The notes: generated by a model from the sequence alone, not told the origin. Positions 24,114 through 37,400 are shown, counted from the first letter of the stretch. The stretch: 64,000 nucleotides of DNA from Iphione sp. A-MEVVRFRX5 (GCA_976226885.1 OZ320316.1:77438001-77502000); one strand, 5' to 3'. Numbers and translations: made by a program.

Positions 24114-26599
24114 AGAGCAAGTCAACTATGAGAAATCCTCCCCAAGTGTCCACAATAGGATGTAGACAATATAGCAACACGTCGTAAGTCAACGAAGTAG
24201 CATAATTAACTACCAAATACAATGAAGTGACCTTTTGGCATATTGTACCACCTATTTATTTTGAATAAATTGCACACTATGAGACCTGTCCTTCGGGTGG
24301 ACAGTCGAAATGAACTATTTTTAATGGTTGACAAAAGTTTTGTGATTCCCATGAAGTTATGATGTATACTAAACCTTTTTTTGCATGACGTAATTTCTTT
24401 TTAATGTAGATCGTTCTGTGCGGTCATTTTCTTTGGCGATACCAACTAATATCACATCTAGATGATGCCTACCACAGAAATGCAACTATAGCACACGGTA
24501 TTATGGTATGGTGAGTGTAGCTGCTGCACCTCGCTGGCGCTAGGTAATAGACCAAGGTCGTGTGACCTCCCATGCCAATGGCATTTGGCTATAGCTGCTC
24601 TCTTGGTCTTTATATACTGTGCTCTTCCTTTTTTGTGGCGCATACCTGTTTACTCTAAGGCCTGGTTTCTATGTGTATGTGTCAGTGCGGAGTCCAGGGT
24701 ACAGAAAAAAAGGATCTGAAGACCAATCACTAGGCCTATTCCATATGTAGGTGTCATGAGTGTGGAGTGTGGCGTTTGGAGGTGTCCGTGGTTCAAAAAC
24801 AGGCAATATTAATTTTGTTCTGGACTACGGATGGCCACGGATCAGTAGTTTATGGAAACGGCTGTTTGTGTATGTGTGTGTGGGGGGGGAGTGTACAACA
24901 TACCACACAATTTCCACCGATATGTTGAATCTCCATGACAATCTGCGGAATTTCCACCGATATGCTTCAATCTCTTTGAAAAATAACACAGTTGCCCCAG
25001 CCTCCCACTGCCCATGCCGCAGCCATCCTTACCCTTTCGCCACCTATCTTTGCCCGTCCCTGCCTGTGTCCACTCATCCCCTGGACTATTTTCTACCAGC
25101 ATGTGCCAGTACAGGGAAGCAAATCCGGACAAATGGAAACAGGGTGTCCGCAGTCATCTGTGGTCATTCGGAAAATTGGCCAAATCTCTGGACCATCACG
25201 CACACTTCTAGACAAATAGAAACCCGGCCTAATTCTCTTTGTCGACCTCACCCTTCTCATCGCAAGATATTGTTGTGGTTGCTAGGACAAACACTTTCCA
25301 CCTGCTAGCAAGAGGTGTCCCCGAAATGTTTATATATAGGTGAGTGACGATTTGTCAGCCGAATTAGTCTTCTAAAAACCGGAGCTCCGGCCAGCAATAC
25401 TTAGACTGTATGCAGAGTTGTTCAGCAATGGAACCGACCATGCCAAGGCAGTCTTTGGCATCAAAGAGCATTGCTGGCCAGAAGATGGTGGAAGCAGCAG
25501 CTCTCTAGGATTCTCTCCACAATATAACAGGTGGGCTTATTGCTCTGGGCAACTGTTCCTATTGCAACAATGCTTGTCACCAAGTGAGCATGCCTTGAAT
25601 AGAATAGTGTTTTTCCATAAATAGCTCATTATGAACGCGGTAAATGTGCCTGGAATAGTAAGGGAAGTGATATAGTTGGGTGTTAGCGAGGGGACAATAT
25701 GTACCAATATTTAAAAGTACCCGCAGTGGTGATATGGGTGGGGTTGGAAACACTTCAAAGAATTAAATTATGGACAATCTAGTCCTATATTTCTAAAACC
25801 GACTTAGTTCTTTCGGGTTTACACGGAGAAGACACATCTGCCATCAGAGGATTATGAGTAATTATTGAGGAAATAAGGATAGAGATACGTTAATGTCAAA
25901 TTGGCCCGGAAAGTTATGTTGCATTTGGTGTGAACGTGTGATACATGGCAGCATTTAAAAAGGCAGGCTTGTGTCCACTGCTCAGCGTAACTACGAGCAT
26001 ACCTGAAGTTCTACGTGTATTTTGCTGAATTCGACAATTATCCGATAACTGTATCCCGAAACACTAGTACTGAGAGGGGCCTCCGTGTAGGTACAAAGTA
26101 GGACCAGCCCTGAATATAGCCTTATACCTAGCTCTGCTGTGCCTATTTGAAAGTCAAAGCGTAATGATGAGCACTAAACACGAGGAGCTCGGAAAAGAAG
26201 AAAAAAAAAACAGGAAGGAAGGACGCGGATATATCACGCGGATAAAACGTGATTAACAACAATAGGAAGTTACAGGTGCAAAGGCAGCAAGGTTTCTATT
26301 ATTAATCTTTGGGAGGAAACAGGTACTGGTTTAGAGAATTGATGAAAGCAGGCCTGGTTCCTGTTCTTAGGAACAAGAGAGGCGATGATGGTAAAAGCCA
26401 CTCTATCCGGAGGACTTTCCGTATGAATATCTGCTCATTGACAGAACTGCAGGGCATAAAAGTAGATACGCATATTGTAGTCAAATGACGTGACAAAACA
26501 ATTTAACGAAGGTAATTGAAAGACCCCTAGACTGGTATACAAATAGCTCACCAGGTGAGTTGCATTAAGTAACAGCTCAGGCCGGGTATTCGACCAGAT

Positions 26600-28550
26600 T
26601 TTCATGATCAAATTATTTCCGTCTTTAAACGATGAAAGATCACACAACCAAAAGAACCAAATGAAACCTAAATTATCAAATAGATAAGTGATGCAAAAAC
26701 AAGTGATATTGTAGTAGTGTACAAGGAAAGCCAACAAACTCCGTCACTGGCAGATGCAGGTTAGTACATCCTCAGTAGATGCCTGGATTGAACGAAAATA
26801 ACATTCGTCCCTTATTCAAAAACCAATCGTCAGGTCGAATGACTTCTTATCCAAGACATCGCATGTGACCCCACCTACTGTCGCACTACGGTTAACAATA
26901 GAATCAATATAGCACTTGTGAAATTTTCTATAGCACTCTTTTGTCAGTTCATACTTGTTATAGCCTATGTGATGTCGTACTCTTGAATACAAAATACCTC
27001 TGAATGAAACAGAAGATATAACAGGGTCTCCACGTGTGCTATCCGCATATACATGGGCTACCTGGACCCAGACCGAGGGTTGGGGACATGGGGCTGCTTC
27101 AGTGCATTTTAATAGGAATGTACTCATGTACGCAGGCTACCCAGTATGCACCTGGAGGAATGTGATCTGATCGGAGATAGTCCGATCTCTCTGGACCCTG
27201 CCATCTGTTGCATGCCGGCAATTGGGATTTAACATGTATTATATGTTTAACATATATTAGTTGCTTAAAATATGTTACCTAATTTGCATATCATTTGCAT
27301 AAAAGACACACTTCCTGGGGTCTGCCCCTTGACACAGGTTTTTAGCCCGCATATATGGGGATGCTTTACATGAAGTGGTACCTCCTTTTTGGATTTTTGC
27401 TGCCCTACCAATTAAGCCGTAGTTCAGTGCAATATATTTATTGAAGAGAGGTTTCCTCATCTGATTTGCCTCCGCTGAGCTTTGAACAAAAGCGTCAATT
27501 CCTTCGGTATGCAAAGAACAAAAGCCAACCATTTCATTGAAGATGACGGGTCCCTGCACATGTTACGGGGCTATCCTGTCAAATGCTTCAGAAGACTCCA
27601 ACCACCTGCCAAGAATAGCCTCTTCTCAGTTTCATGGAGACTTTGGGCTTAATCTTGGTGACACATGTCGGGAGGGTCTGGTCCGCGGCCGTCACGTCGG
27701 CCCGTTTGCCAAATGAATATGTCTGGGATGGGCTTGTCCTTTAGAGTTGCACATTTTCTGCAGATTCACACGAACCGCAACAGAAGGTGGTAACCCGTAG
27801 ATCAGCTTACGATAAAACGTGCATTCAAAATTAGAAATGTTACCTTTAACCAGTGTTACATATGTATACATGGACATGGTTACATTTACATACACAAGAA
27901 AAGAAATTATTTTGTATTATTTATTGTCATTGACAGCCTTTGCCACCTTAGCCCAGATGATAATATGGAATGTGTTGTCTTCTTGTTATACCTTACAATG
28001 CTTGCAAGCGTTCATAAAGTGTTATAAATGGGTAGTGTCTTCAGTAAAACTGATTTATAACGGAGGACAGCTCGCCACTCTTTAAGTGAGGTTCCATCAG
28101 GATGACGGAAGAAATTGACTGGTAGTAGAAACAAATGGCGAAAGAGTAGTCATGGTGGAGTTTCATTACTTCAGGAATATAACTCATCCTGTCTCATGTC
28201 ATATTATGTTGTTGTATATACTTTACTGATCCCAGAACCGTTTGCATCTCTATTGCTCACAATTTCCTCTTTTTTAGGGGTGCTTTAGGAACCCTGCTGT
28301 AAAATCTCCTGTTACTCGCTTGAACATCCAGATGCTCCTGAACTCGAAGGCCTGCGGCTCTGAAATATGACCGGAATATTATGCCTCTGTCTGAACAAGC
28401 ATAGATTTTCGACGTTGCATATATATTTATGCCATGTCACTGGATTCCTGTATTTTCAAAACCTCTTCTTCAAAATCTGATTGGCGTCCACCTGCCGGAG
28501 TTAAAGATATAACGCATTATGTTCCAGTCCCTTAACGAGACTAACGTGAA
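26600..28550 (+). pseudogene. Penelope-like element (PLE) RT/GIY-YIG relic
   Basis: Ordered fragments: DAKTSDIVVVYKE, CDPT, YPHIHGLP (cf. PxxYGLPKxHK), SFLD, NHFIEDDGSLHMLRGYP (cf. NYFxFxGxxYxQxxGxPMG), EMLPL..VT..YTRKEI..Y (cf. LPFLDV..VYRKxT), LIYNGG, VAYIFMPC. Confidence 0.6.
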
Positions 28551-28918
28551 AAATGAGCCAAAAATGGCTGATCTGAAGCTTACTTTTACTGGATGATTTT
28601 ATTTTCTGAGTCAAATTTTACTTCTAAAATAGTTATTGTGCAAATCTGTCTTTTTTCGCGTTTTTATGCTAACATTCTCCGCTTTCTTTTCTTGTTCTCT
28701 CTATGCTTGGTAGAAATATTTTAAAGAGGAAGGCAAAACACACAAAAGAATTCTACCTATGTGTGTGTTCAGAGCATGAATGCATCTAAGGCCCAGTTTC
28801 CTTGTGTATGGATTTGTTTTCCATACTGTGTGATGGTGTGGAAAATGGGCTTCTTTTCCAGATGTGCACAGACACCCGGTTTCATGCACACACTAGCACT
28901 CTATGCACACATGCACAG

Positions 28919-28919
28919 A

Positions 28920-28973
<54 letters not shown>

Positions 28974-29005
28974 TATGTACATGTATGTATGTATATATGT
29001 ATGTA
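28919..29005. repeat. (CT)n microsatellite followed by (ATGT)n
   Basis: About 24 CT units, then atgtatgtacatgtatgtatgtatatatgtatgtatg. Confidence 0.95.
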
Positions 29006-29309
29006 TGGAGGCTGAGACATATCAGTTGAAATTGTGCAGTTTTTAATGGAGGTGGAGGTTGAGACATATCGGCCAAAATTGAGTGATTTAAATGCAAATG
29101 ATATGCAAATTCAATAGTTTTCACATGATCTATCATATCATAGACAGTGTCTATCCAGGTAAAACCACCATCCCTCTGGTCTCTGTAGCTATGTGTAGTC
29201 TGAACAATGTGTAAATTTACGGACATTGTCCGTTTTCAGTCACTGGATGTTTTTCCCGCAGCACTGACTGCCTGCTGCGGGGAAAAAATCTGGACATATA
29301 GAAACACTC

Positions 29310-29908
29310 TAGTACATTCCCACAGTTTTGTTTTTTTCTCCAGCACAGAGTGTGTGGTGGAAAAATCTCTGGACACAAGGAAACTGGGCCTAACACCAGC
29401 CAGTATCAGCAGGAATCTGTAAAAGTCACAGCTAAATGGGCACACAGTTACCGCAACTTCACGCTCCTGTGATTAACAGTGACAAAGGTTTTATTCGCTG
29501 ATCTTAAGACCTTCCAGCTTTATTTACTAGGTTTTTAAATCTGCCACGATAAACAATGATCATACTTCTTTTCGTCTCCTTTCTATACTGGAATACCATA
29601 CATGTCTCTGGCACAGAACTTAAAATTGCTCGGCCGATTTTAGGTAAATATAGAAAATATAGATGATAGCAAAAACGAATTTTCCTGATAATACCTGGAC
29701 ATACTGTTGTCTGTCAGGGTGCTCTGGGTTTCTTGAAAGTTTTGCAAACATAGACGATCCGCCACGATTTTGTGCATTAGTGTTATAAATTTGAAAATAA
29801 ATGCTTAGTACATTCCCACAGTTTTGTTTTTTTCTCCAGCACAGAGTGTGTGGTGGAAAAATCTCTGGACACAAGGAAACTGGGCCTAACACCAGCCAGT
29901 ATCAGCAG
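29310..29908. repeat. Two identical 103-bp direct repeats (29310-29412 and 29806-29908)
   Basis: TAGTACATTCCCACAG...CCAGTATCAGCAG is identical in both copies by manual comparison, with a 393-bp unique spacer. Confidence 0.95.
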
Positions 29909-30799
29909 TATAATTAACCGGAATTGCAGTGAAATCGAGATGTTAAAGACTGGGCTGTGGCGAATTCAAGGCGTAAAAGCCTAAGTTGTTGTAAATATGA
30001 GGGTGTTATTCATGGTTTTTCAATCATGTGCTCTGAGGCGTAATGACTCAATCACATATTGTGACATTGTACTGAACTTAGTGCCGTACACTTCAATGTA
30101 CTGTTTGTCACGCACAGGACAGTATTTAGGGTCTCATATGGCACGGGAGTGGAATAAAGTTCAATAATGAACCAGGTGTCTGGATTGGAGGCGCCCCATC
30201 GTATTCCATGGGAAGACGTAGCCACCAATACTTTAGAGTTTGGGAGTGATCGCTCGCACATGCATGTATTACATGCAATTATTTTTCTAACATATTGATC
30301 GAATGTATCAGTTCCCTGCGAATCGTAAACCTTACAATAAAATGCCTTGCGAATGTAACTTATACGCACTACGTCTCGGAAGTTCAGTTAAGCACTTTTG
30401 CGAACAGTTCTGATTTGTTTTGCTTTCCATATAAAGATAAATATGATATGATTAATGTACTATTTTTACCATCAGTGGTCTGTGCTGAAGGGACTCGAGC
30501 AGGAAGTCACGGCTCACTGCTCGAACTATTAGCCATAGTTGTGTTTTGTGGAGCGGGATATTATTTTAACAATAAGAGTCAATTTCCCTTCTTTTCTTGA
30601 TGTGTTCCAACAACGAAGAGGCTAATTTTTGAACTACTTTCTGCTGTTTTTAGCAGCGACCTTGATCATAAGGTCATTCTCGAAGAAAATTGGCCAATAC
30701 TTAATACAATTTTGTTGTTCGCTTCTGAGATTCAAATAAGAGAAAGCAGTATCTAAATGACATACACTGTACATGTAGAATGCACTCAGTGATGACGAA

Positions 30800-31500
30800 T
30801 GAAACAGTACATCACCTCGTTCGGTCGCTTTACGAAATGAACAGAAACGAAGGCATTATTTCATTTGTCACTATACACAACAAATGCTGCTCGTTGGATT
30901 ATGATGTGAATCGATTTGATTTTGAGACAAGAAATCAGAGTGCAAACAACAGGGCGGTTTTCTTAAGTAAAATAATCTCAGGAAACACACGCCCTCATGG
31001 TCTACCGTTGAAGAAAAAAGAGGCCATAAATCCGCGATACAGATCAAATATTTTCAACAGTCGGGTAAATCACAATTACACAACGGTTCTAGAAAAAACG
31101 ATCGATACTTTCATGGTATTAAAAAGGGTTACGTGAACCGTCTTCCCGAATGTCACCAGTGCTTACTTAATGCTATAAAATGACTGACAGTGAGCGGATG
31201 TAGGGTCCGTTCTATAAAAAAAAACATGCTATTCTCACATTGTCGGCACAGCGTTGATCATATCATTCCCCATAGAGGTGAATGTTAAATGTTTTCCCCC
31301 AATGTTATTCATTAGTACATGCATAAGCATATGCTATTCCTAATTCCCTTAAACTCCTTCCAGTGGTGCCCGCAAACCTAATTCGGGAAGCGTTTATGAA
31401 GAGTGTATTTCAGTTTCGATGAGCAGAAAAGCCAATGATGTACTGTGGCGGAATACACATTTGTTTTCCGAAAATCCTCTGAATTACTTTGCATTGTGTC
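30800..31500 (+). pseudogene. Penelope-like RT relic
   Basis: NTRPHGLPLKKKEAINPR (cf. PxxYGLPKxHKxxxPxRP), ADVGSVL (cf. DVxSLF) and VYFSFDEQKSQ (cf. YFxFDGxxYxQ) in the correct order. Confidence 0.45.
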
Positions 31501-33609
31501 AAGTATAAAGAACTAACGTCACCTCGCCGTTTTCAGCATTTAAAAATAAATGGTGAACGGAGAATGCACATCAATGCAGAGATAGGAAATTACTTTTTTT
31601 CCTTGTTGGCGCGCTTCCTCTCTTGCCACTTAACTTGGCCGACCTCGCCAGCACTGCAGATAAATCGACTTAATAGGAAAGTATTTAGTCTTCCAGCCTT
31701 TGTTCTCTGCCTTCATTTCTTCGCCCACTGCTGCGTTGCCACCTTCGACCGATCAAATGTGTGTATAACAATCGCCCCATGTGCAGGGAGGTAATTTCTG
31801 TCTTCTAGTCTCTGATCAGTCCCTCTCGCAGCCTGTGATTTGTTGTGTTTTTCGTGCTATTTGACATAATTATCAAGGCGTGGGGTGTTTTGCTGGGCGT
31901 AGGGATGCAACGTGGAAAATGGAGAAGCCTGCAATGTGTAACAATCCATCAATTCGATCTGACGCATCCGATATGAATCTCGTTCTGTGTGTGGTTTGTC
32001 CCAGCTTGTGCTATTGAAGGGAAGCAACTCGCTCAATCGCCATGATTGTAGGTGAAAGACGGGGAGCTTAGGGTCAATACATCCACAGTCTGCCAAGAAG
32101 TCATGTGGAAATATAAAACCTTGACAATGATCGTTCGGCCCGGTCGCCACGCCACAAGGCGACAGACCCAAGTGCTGTAACCACACCCTGCCATTGTTTC
32201 CATGCGTAATGAACTATTTGATCAAGTGAAGAATGACGGCTTCATCGATGCCGCCGCAGGCAGTGCATAATTGAGCCCAATACCGCACAAAACGAGAAAA
32301 TTATTGTGTATTCAACCAGCCACACGTCGAATGCTAAATGGATATTATGGAAATGTGGAAACAAATATTTGCCTGTAATTAGTGAGTCTGCCGGCCATCG
32401 CCTGGTCACTACAGGCCAGTGCTGCCTTCGAGCCGGCTCTTTCCTTCATCTACTCTGCTATCTTTACCGACGAACTTGTATAATTCGATAGTTTCAAAAC
32501 CGGTTCACACGCGGACAAATTACAAAGGTATCCGTATCAATCTTTCACAATTAATGAGGTTTGCCGCATCGCTCTCAGTTTGGGCGTCAATTTTGCGCTT
32601 TAATTGTTTAAAAGCTCGCCGGCAATTTTTGGCAAGTAATCTATTACATTGTGGAATGATAACGTTTAACAATTACAAATTAAAAATAACCAAACAAGAA
32701 CGGTGACGCCTTATGGCAGTGATTTATTGTCGAATGTGTTCCTATAAAACCCATCATGCTTTTGAGTTGCTCAAAAGCTCTATGTTATGTAAAAAGGATC
32801 CTACAGCACCTCTGTGGTCTCTTACATGTCTGTACACGGTAGTTTTTCCCGAGGTCATCATTACCACTTTATACACTATAAATAGGTCTAACTGTATTAG
32901 GCTATTCGACCTTTTTCCTGCTGCAGCTTTGCAAGTAGGCAATCTATTGCTACCCACCAGATCTTTGATGTTGCAGTAATTGATTTGATGAAAGACTTAG
33001 AGACGCTAAGATCTAAATATAAAAACGATGTCGCTTATTTAGCAACCTCCCTTTCATACCTTCGCACACTTAATATTGATGATTACGCTGAAAAGCCTTT
33101 TCATCAAAGTCTAGAAGCAGGTTGTTGTGAGACACTACCGGATTAGTACGGTTTCAACCGCTCATTCGTACATAGGTTGCACCTCATTTGGAAATTACAC
33201 TTTATTGTGAAGAGAATGTTACTCTTTTCAAGATTTATTTAACCTATCTTGTACGTGTATTCGAAGACATAAGTTTAATTAAGTGGCGTGTGTACCTTAT
33301 TTCTCCATTAAAACGAAAGAAGGAGGTCGCATAAGGACACTATCAGTACCATTTAAGAAAGCTACTGGCGACGGTATACATTTCTACCCGGAAGCAAGGG
33401 ATGATAGTAAAATGGCGAGACTGGTCGAAATTTTTCATTGCAGAGATACACATATATAGTAAAAACTCAATATCCGGACACTCAAAAACAGAAAAATCCC
33501 AAATTTGAACAAAATTAATATCCAGGAAAAATGGTATTTCACTATATACATATCCAGGTAACCAAAATACTTGAAATCCAAATCTGAATGCTTTTATTAG
33601 GTAAAAATA

Positions 33610-33955
33610 CATTTCATTTTCATTTCATTTCATTGTTTCTTTAACCAGGAACTAGATATTCTCTATCACATGACAGAGCTCTTCCATATCCTCCTGGGAT
33701 AGCATACTACCATCTATTGTTGAGAATTGAGAGACCAGAATACCTGGGGTTTTCCCCTACTCTTATTTCGAATAGGTTTCTGGGGTCTTTTTGTGCATAG
33801 GGGACAGAATCCTATACACCCACAGCCTTTTTACAAGTTGTGGACCACTCTGGATTGGGGCTACAGTAAATCTGTCTGGTTGTGATCAAGAGTCCCAAGC
33901 CTGGGATTGAACCTGCGACCTCATATCAGTACTTGGAAGCTGAATGCTCCTCATT
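33610..33955 (-). mobile_element. tRNA-derived SINE
   Basis: The minus-strand head contains the B-box GAGGTCGCAGGTTCAATCCC (33903-33922), a central body (plus strand GGGGTTTTCCCCTACTCTTATTTCGAATAGG) and a 3' (AAATG)n tail at 33610-33634. Confidence 0.7.
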
Positions 33956-34290
33956 CTCCCATCCTCCAGCCTTTCAAAGGGTTAGTTGCTAATTGAGGAT
34001 TTTGTGCCTCACCTAGGTGTTCCCGCTGCTCCCCTTCCTCCAGCCTTTCAAATGGTCAGCTCTTAATTCAGGCGTTTGTACCTCCCCAGGTGTTTCCCAC
34101 CACTCCCCTGCCTGCACCTTGTTTAAAGGGTAAGCTGTTGATTGAGGAGTTCATGTCACACCTAGATGTTCCTGTTGCTCCCCTCCCTCCAGCCTTTCAA
34201 AAGGCTAGCTACTTACTGAGGAGTTCTCACCTTGCTTAATTGTTTCCTTCCACTCCCTTACGTCAGGCCTTTTAAGGGAGTGCCTCACCA
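33956..34290. repeat. Minisatellite, ~74-bp unit, about 4.5 diverged copies
   Basis: Units begin CTCCC..CCTCCAGCCTTTCAAA.GG at 33956, 34029, 34103, 34178 and 34253. Confidence 0.88.
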
Positions 34291-34379
34291 GTGATCAGTC
34301 ACCAATTGTTAAATTCCTCTGAGCTTCATATCACCACTGAACACCAGAGAACACCACATCTCAGCCACAAGCAGAGCAC

Positions 34380-35756
34380 AGAAGGACCAACATCTTCAAC
34401 CAGTAGCAGAAGCTCTCTACAAGTAAATGTACAAGGCAGACCATCCATCAGTCTCACTGAATGGAATCACTTTGATCCTCTCTTTGGATTTTCTGTTGGG
34501 AAATCCATCCTGACAGACATATTCAAGAAGAGGGACCATTGGTTGTCTCTATCTCAGGAGGAGGGGAAAGTTCTGAGAGCAAGGTGCCCCAAGCAAGCTG
34601 ACCTGGAAAAGGTCCTTCTCTTATGGTTTACTGACATGAGAGGGAGAGGTGCAGTCTTCACTAAAGAAATGCTGAAAATCAAAGTTCTTTGGGAAGGATC
34701 TACAGAGGGAAGATAATTTCTTCTACAGCAAGGCCTGGACCCAGCAGTTCAAAGAGAAGAACTTCATCAAGCTGGACAAGACCTATGGAGAGGCTGTCTT
34801 TCTGCTTGATGTGGCACAAGGCAGAGAAAATCGGACGGTGCAAGGACAGGCTGACTGTTGCATGGCGCTGCAATGCCACAGGTACAGGTAAGGTCAGGCC
34901 CTTTGTGATAGGCAAGTCTGTCAGACTGAGGTGCTTTGGAAAGGACTCTGACCTTTCCATGTATGTGATGTGCAGGCACAACACCAAGGCCTGGATGACC
35001 TCAACCCTGTGGGAAGAACTCCTGAGGAAACTGGATGCCAGAGCAAGATAACAACAGAGGAGGTATGTCATCCTCTGTGACAATGCTGCCAGTCACAAAA
35101 CCACCCAGGAGTACAGACATCTCAGTATCGTCTTCCTGCCTCCCAACCCCACCAGCCATCTCCAGCCCCTGGATGTAGGGATCATAGTCTCCTTCAAGTC
35201 ACAGTACAGGAGGAGATTGGCACTTTCTGGCACTTTCTGACCTATGTTGATTCTGGAAAACCCTAGACTACAGATGAAAGGTGAGCCATCCTTGTGATCC
35301 ATGAGTGATGGGCAGCAGTAACCAGTACCACCATTGGAAGATGCTGGAACCATGTCAGTATTCTACCTTCCACCACTCAATATACAAATGAAGATGAAGA
35401 AGATCCCATCCCACTATCAGAACTGAAGATCCTCCTCCAGGCAAGGGGAAGATACAAGAACAGCAAATGACTATGCGTCCTCTGAAACCTATTTCAGGGA
35501 ACCTGGATGGTCAGAGCTTCATTCAGCTCTTAGGCAAGAGAAAGAGGGAGGAGGAAGAGGAGGAGGAAAGGAGAAGCATGAACCTGTGACTATATAGCAG
35601 GTCAGACAGGGCCTGGACTGAGCAGTGTCCTTCTAAGAGGTTCAAGGGCATGCAGAGGTTGTCTTTTCTCTTTGTGCCATCCTTGAGTAGACAGAGATGA
35701 CAGCAGCCAAGAAGTACAAGCAGAAGACCACTGTAGACTTCTTCAGGAGACCCTAG
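34380..35756 (+). pseudogene. Tigger/pogo transposase pseudogene (HTH_psq / CENP-B HTH / DDE_1)
   Basis: FSVGKSILTDIFKKRD, DLEKVLLLWFTDMRGRG..FTKEML, KDRLTVAWRCNATGT.K..PFVIGKS..RCF, HNTKAWMTS, VILCDNAASH, VFLPPNPTSHLQPLDVGIIVSFKSQYR and C-terminal KQKTTVDFF. Stops and frameshifts present. Confidence 0.93.
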
Positions 35757-37249
35757 ACAGAGATGGTTTGGTTTGCAATTTTTCCTCCTATTTTAATTGT
35801 TCTCATTATTATAATATTTTGTTTCCCATGTCTAGGTTGCATAATCAAATAAGACCCTTTTTATGGGATATTATTCCTTTTTAGGGGATATCACTTAGAG
35901 GTTTAGAATAGTTCACATTCACACCATTTTTGTTTACCATTTTCTAGGTGTCAAATGAATGCAGAGGATGTTGCTGTATGTACCTTTGGTTTTTGTAACA
36001 ATAGTTTGCATTGATTTAAGTTTATAATTACATACATACATTCAGGGGATATTGCCAAAAGTCAAAATCAAAACTCTCCAAAATCCAAATGAAATCGGCA
36101 GAGCATTGTTTTTTTTTACTTTTGACTGTAATTTAAATGGCATGAATACAAGTAAACAGTTTTCATTTCTTTCCAGTAGTTCCAGGTTTCAACTAGGACT
36201 GTGCATAATATGTTTATCTGAATAGGTTTTCAATATGCAGGTTACTGTGATATAAGTGATAGAAAAAATCTAGGCAACAATAACAGACGAAACAACATAA
36301 ATGGCAGGCAGATGAAATTAAACGCGTTCCCTAGATTGTATTGCGAAACTCTCCGTTCATTCATAACACTTTAATTTGAAGACCAATTGGGAATTGCTGT
36401 AGCAACAGCTTGTACGAAGTCAGGAAAAACAACATCCTTTTTCTTCCGTATACCTTCGAGCTTTTGGTGTGTCGGGAGCAGATACTGTCGCCTTGAGTCA
36501 CACCCAAACCACTACGTGCATCGCGGGCTCAGCAGGAGATGACCGCGAAAAAGGATTCATCTCTCACTGCCTTATGTGTAGGTGCCTCGAACGTGGCCAC
36601 GGCCATTAATTGGTTTGTATATCTGCCGGGATTTCCTGCACGCCGCAGGTCAGATGCGTCCTGGCGACGTTGAGCTCCGTGATGAAATAATTATGGCACC
36701 ATAAAACAAGCCACCCCGAGCCAATTGCACGCATCAGCTGACCACGCCTAGCTTATTGAGATGAGGGATGGGACCCCGAGGACATCAGCTACTGGCACCT
36801 CGCCTGCTGCCCGCCCCTAACCCGCCCAGAACAACCGTGACCCTCATGGTGACCACCTATCCACGGTCATGAAGCATAGAGGCCTTACAAGCCTGCTAAT
36901 TTCGCCTCTGTGTGTTTATGATGAACTTTAGTCTCGACGATCATTTGATTCGGCTACCGGAAGGCCCCTGCAAAGGTCATTCATCATTCATGGAGAGAGA
37001 GGTAAAATAAAGAGGAAAATCGTTCGAGATCTAATTCTAGGCATTCGTTTTTTTTATCCATAGCAGAGATTGACAACTACTCAAGGCAGTACCGTGTGAA
37101 CGTCAAAAGGCGAAATGGTCGGAGCAGAAGGGATATTTGGGTAGAGTCAGCCTGCGTGCTGTATGTATGCGATCAACCGCAGTGGGAAGGTTGTAGCCGC
37201 AGACTAGTTGAGCCTTAACGGCCCTGGCCGCAGCTCGGCCCGCATACAA

Positions 37250-37400
37250 AGTTTGTTTACCGGCGGTCTCGGGGCCGGCTTATTTGTCGGACAGGTCCGG
37301 CGAGGAGATGGCTAGCGGCGCTGCTGCAGCTCATTTGTAGGCCCGCCAATCAGACGCTCACACCTGCACTCCGCTTGTGATCTAACCAGCTGCGTGACGG
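37250..37400. promoter_or_regulatory. CpG-rich segment with adjacent GC-box and CCAAT motifs
   Basis: GCCCGCCAATCAG at 37341-37353 within CpG-rich sequence. No linked gene identified. Confidence 0.2.

Larger units (their letters stand above)
33457..36248 (+). mobile_element. Tigger/pogo-type DNA transposon (decayed, ends uncertain)
   Basis: Left end TA|TAGTAAAAACTCAATATCCGGACAC resembles pogo TIRs (CAGTAxAACCTC..TATCCG). A candidate right end CAGGTTACTG at ~36237-36247 matches poorly. Internal DDE_1 transposase. Confidence 0.55.

Noticed and set aside
27275-27559. Minus-strand ORF with a PIF1-helicase-like GRAAKIQKGGTT
   Set aside because: It is antisense to a better-supported Penelope RT relic and has no other helicase motifs.
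24909-29908. Repeat-spacer-repeat patterns as possible CRISPR-like arrays
   Set aside because: Each has only two units, the sizes are wrong, there are no cas genes and the context is eukaryotic.
33901-33960. Possible tRNA gene
   Set aside because: The B-box is present but there is no intact cloverleaf, and it is attached to a SINE body and tail.
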